A stretch of DNA of 64,000 bases from Alphaproteobacteria bacterium (GTDB lineage: Bacteria > Pseudomonadota > Alphaproteobacteria > JAAXGF01), in contig CAUVXB020000001.1 in assembly GCA_963555825.3 (NCBI GenBank), positions 320,001-384,000 on the forward strand, read 5' to 3'. A program made the translations under genes and the position numbers. The notes under the pieces are model-generated. The model ran no database searches, was not told the origin of the DNA, and worked only from the letters and a program-made list of their open reading frames with translations. Positions 62,757-64,000 of this stretch are shown here, piece by piece. The stretch's first letter is position 1. The number at the start of each line of letters is the position of its first letter.

Positions 62757-63912
62757 GCGCGCGCACCCGGCGGCGTGGCCGTGCGGCGCAGGTCGCGATG
62801 GCCGCGGCGACCGCCCCGAAGAGCACGGCCGATCCATACGGCAGGGCGTCGGCGCCCAACCAATCCATCATCGGCCCGTTCGCCGCCGGCCCCATTGCGG
62901 CACCGACGCCGTAGAGCATCGCGAAGCAGGCGCTGCCGATGACGAGCATGCCGCCCGCGTAGCGTTCGCCCAAAATGGACAGCGCCCCGGTATAAAGGCC
63001 GAACGATGCGCCGCCGGCGACGAACACCACCGGCCAGAGCGCGTGCGCGACGAGAAACGACGCCGGGATCGCGACGCATGCGAGCGCCGTGAGCAACGCG
63101 CACCCCACTAGCACATGGACCTTGGGGAACCTGTCGAGCAGCCAGCCGATCGGCATTTGCGTCGCCACCATGCCGAATAGGAACGCCGAGACGGCGAGCG
63201 CCCCGAACTCCGGTGTCCAGCCTTGCACCAGCGCGTAGACCGGCAGGAGCGTCAAGATGGTGGCGTCGAAGCACGCGTACGCCAGGACCGCCAGCACTAG
63301 GATCGGCGTGGCCGCGAGAAACTGGGTCATGGCGCGAAGCGAGACACCGTCGTTCCACTCGTCCGCCATTGAGCGCTGCACGACAACGAGCGGCGAAGCG
63401 CCGACGACGATGATGGTCGCGCATACCACAAACGGCGTCCAACTCGCCGTGCCGGTCACCGCGAGAAGGCTTGAGCCGAGCCCGAAGCCCGCTGCGTTGA
63501 CCGTCGTGAATAACCCCATGACCCGTCCGCGGGCGGCGTCCGCCGCGATCGAGTTCATCCACGCCTCGGCAACGACGAAGCTCATGTTCAGCGAGAACGC
63601 GAGCATGACCCGCAGCACGAACCAGACCGCGAGGCTGTCGAACAGCGGAAATGCGAGCATCGTCCCGGCCGAGCCAATGAGGCCGGCGAGCATCAGCCGG
63701 CGCGCGCCTGCCAAACACAATAGGCGTGGCAACAGCGCGCACGACAGCAGCATGCCGACGCCGGTCATGGCACTGTTGATGCCGATCATCGTGTCGCTCA
63801 CGCCGCGTGCCTTGAGAAGGAGCGAGAGCAGTGGATAGCTCAGCCCGAGCGCCAGCCCGAAGATGCCGATGCTGGCGAGAACGGCTCCGGCGGCCCGCCA
63901 GTCGGTCACCAT
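62647..63912 (-). CDS. MFS transporter (YcaD/YfkF-like)
   Basis: Multiple TM segments; EAWMN...RGRVMG, PIGWLLDRFP; 3' end overlaps the lipoprotein gene by 110 nt. Confidence 0.85.
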   Translation of the reverse strand: MVTDWRAAGAVLASIGIFGLALGLSYPLLSLLLKARGVSDTMIGINSAMTGVGMLLSCALLPRLLCLAGARRLMLAGLIGSAGTMLAFPLFDSLAVWFVLRVMLAFSLNMSFVVAEAWMNSIAADAARGRVMGLFTTVNAAGFGLGSSLLAVTGTASWTPFVVCATIIVVGASPLVVVQRSMADEWNDGVSLRAMTQFLAATPILVLAVLAYACFDATILTLLPVYALVQGWTPEFGALAVSAFLFGMVATQMPIGWLLDRFPKVHVLVGCALLTALACVAIPASFLVAHALWPVVFVAGGASFGLYTGALSILGERYAGGMLVIGSACFAMLYGVGAAMGPAANGPMMDWLGADALPYGSAVLFGAVAAAIATCAARPRRRVRAPTAPSVLDEAGCSLSAGRPGRASGPRPSRTKSGRAG

Positions 63913-64000
63913 CGGCCCACCTCGTCTTCAAAATTCTTGCTGCCGTTGTATAGTGAATATTGCAATGCATTGACAAACGATAACTTCTCTCAATTTGAGT

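Overview
GC-rich, alphaproteobacterial-looking chromosome segment. Housekeeping flanks (ruvX-pabC-pabA-pabB divergent from gatCAB on the left; argD-argF, an ACT-domain gene, a lipoprotein and an MFS on the right) enclose about 40 kb of accessory DNA organised around one tRNA-Ser(GCT) at 45651-45743. Island 1 (about 17556-45665) is bounded by a 16-bp direct repeat of the tRNA 5' end. It has no integrase left and holds decaying amine/xenobiotic catabolic genes plus an rtcB fragment. Island 2 (about 45744-58020) carries a large serine recombinase, DUF2924/DUF3489/DUF5681, a ParB-fused methyltransferase and two truncated nuclease genes. About 15 IS elements or fragments are present, several nested. 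The strongest signal is an IS110/IS1111-type element whose 3' non-coding region can be read as a bridge RNA: one loop matches the element's own circle junction and the other matches the terminal inverted repeat of an IS1182-type MITE, into which the element is inserted. The IS1182-type elements themselves sit at a fixed GACC site in a dimeric palindromic repeat. All family assignments are by motif recognition; no database searches were run.
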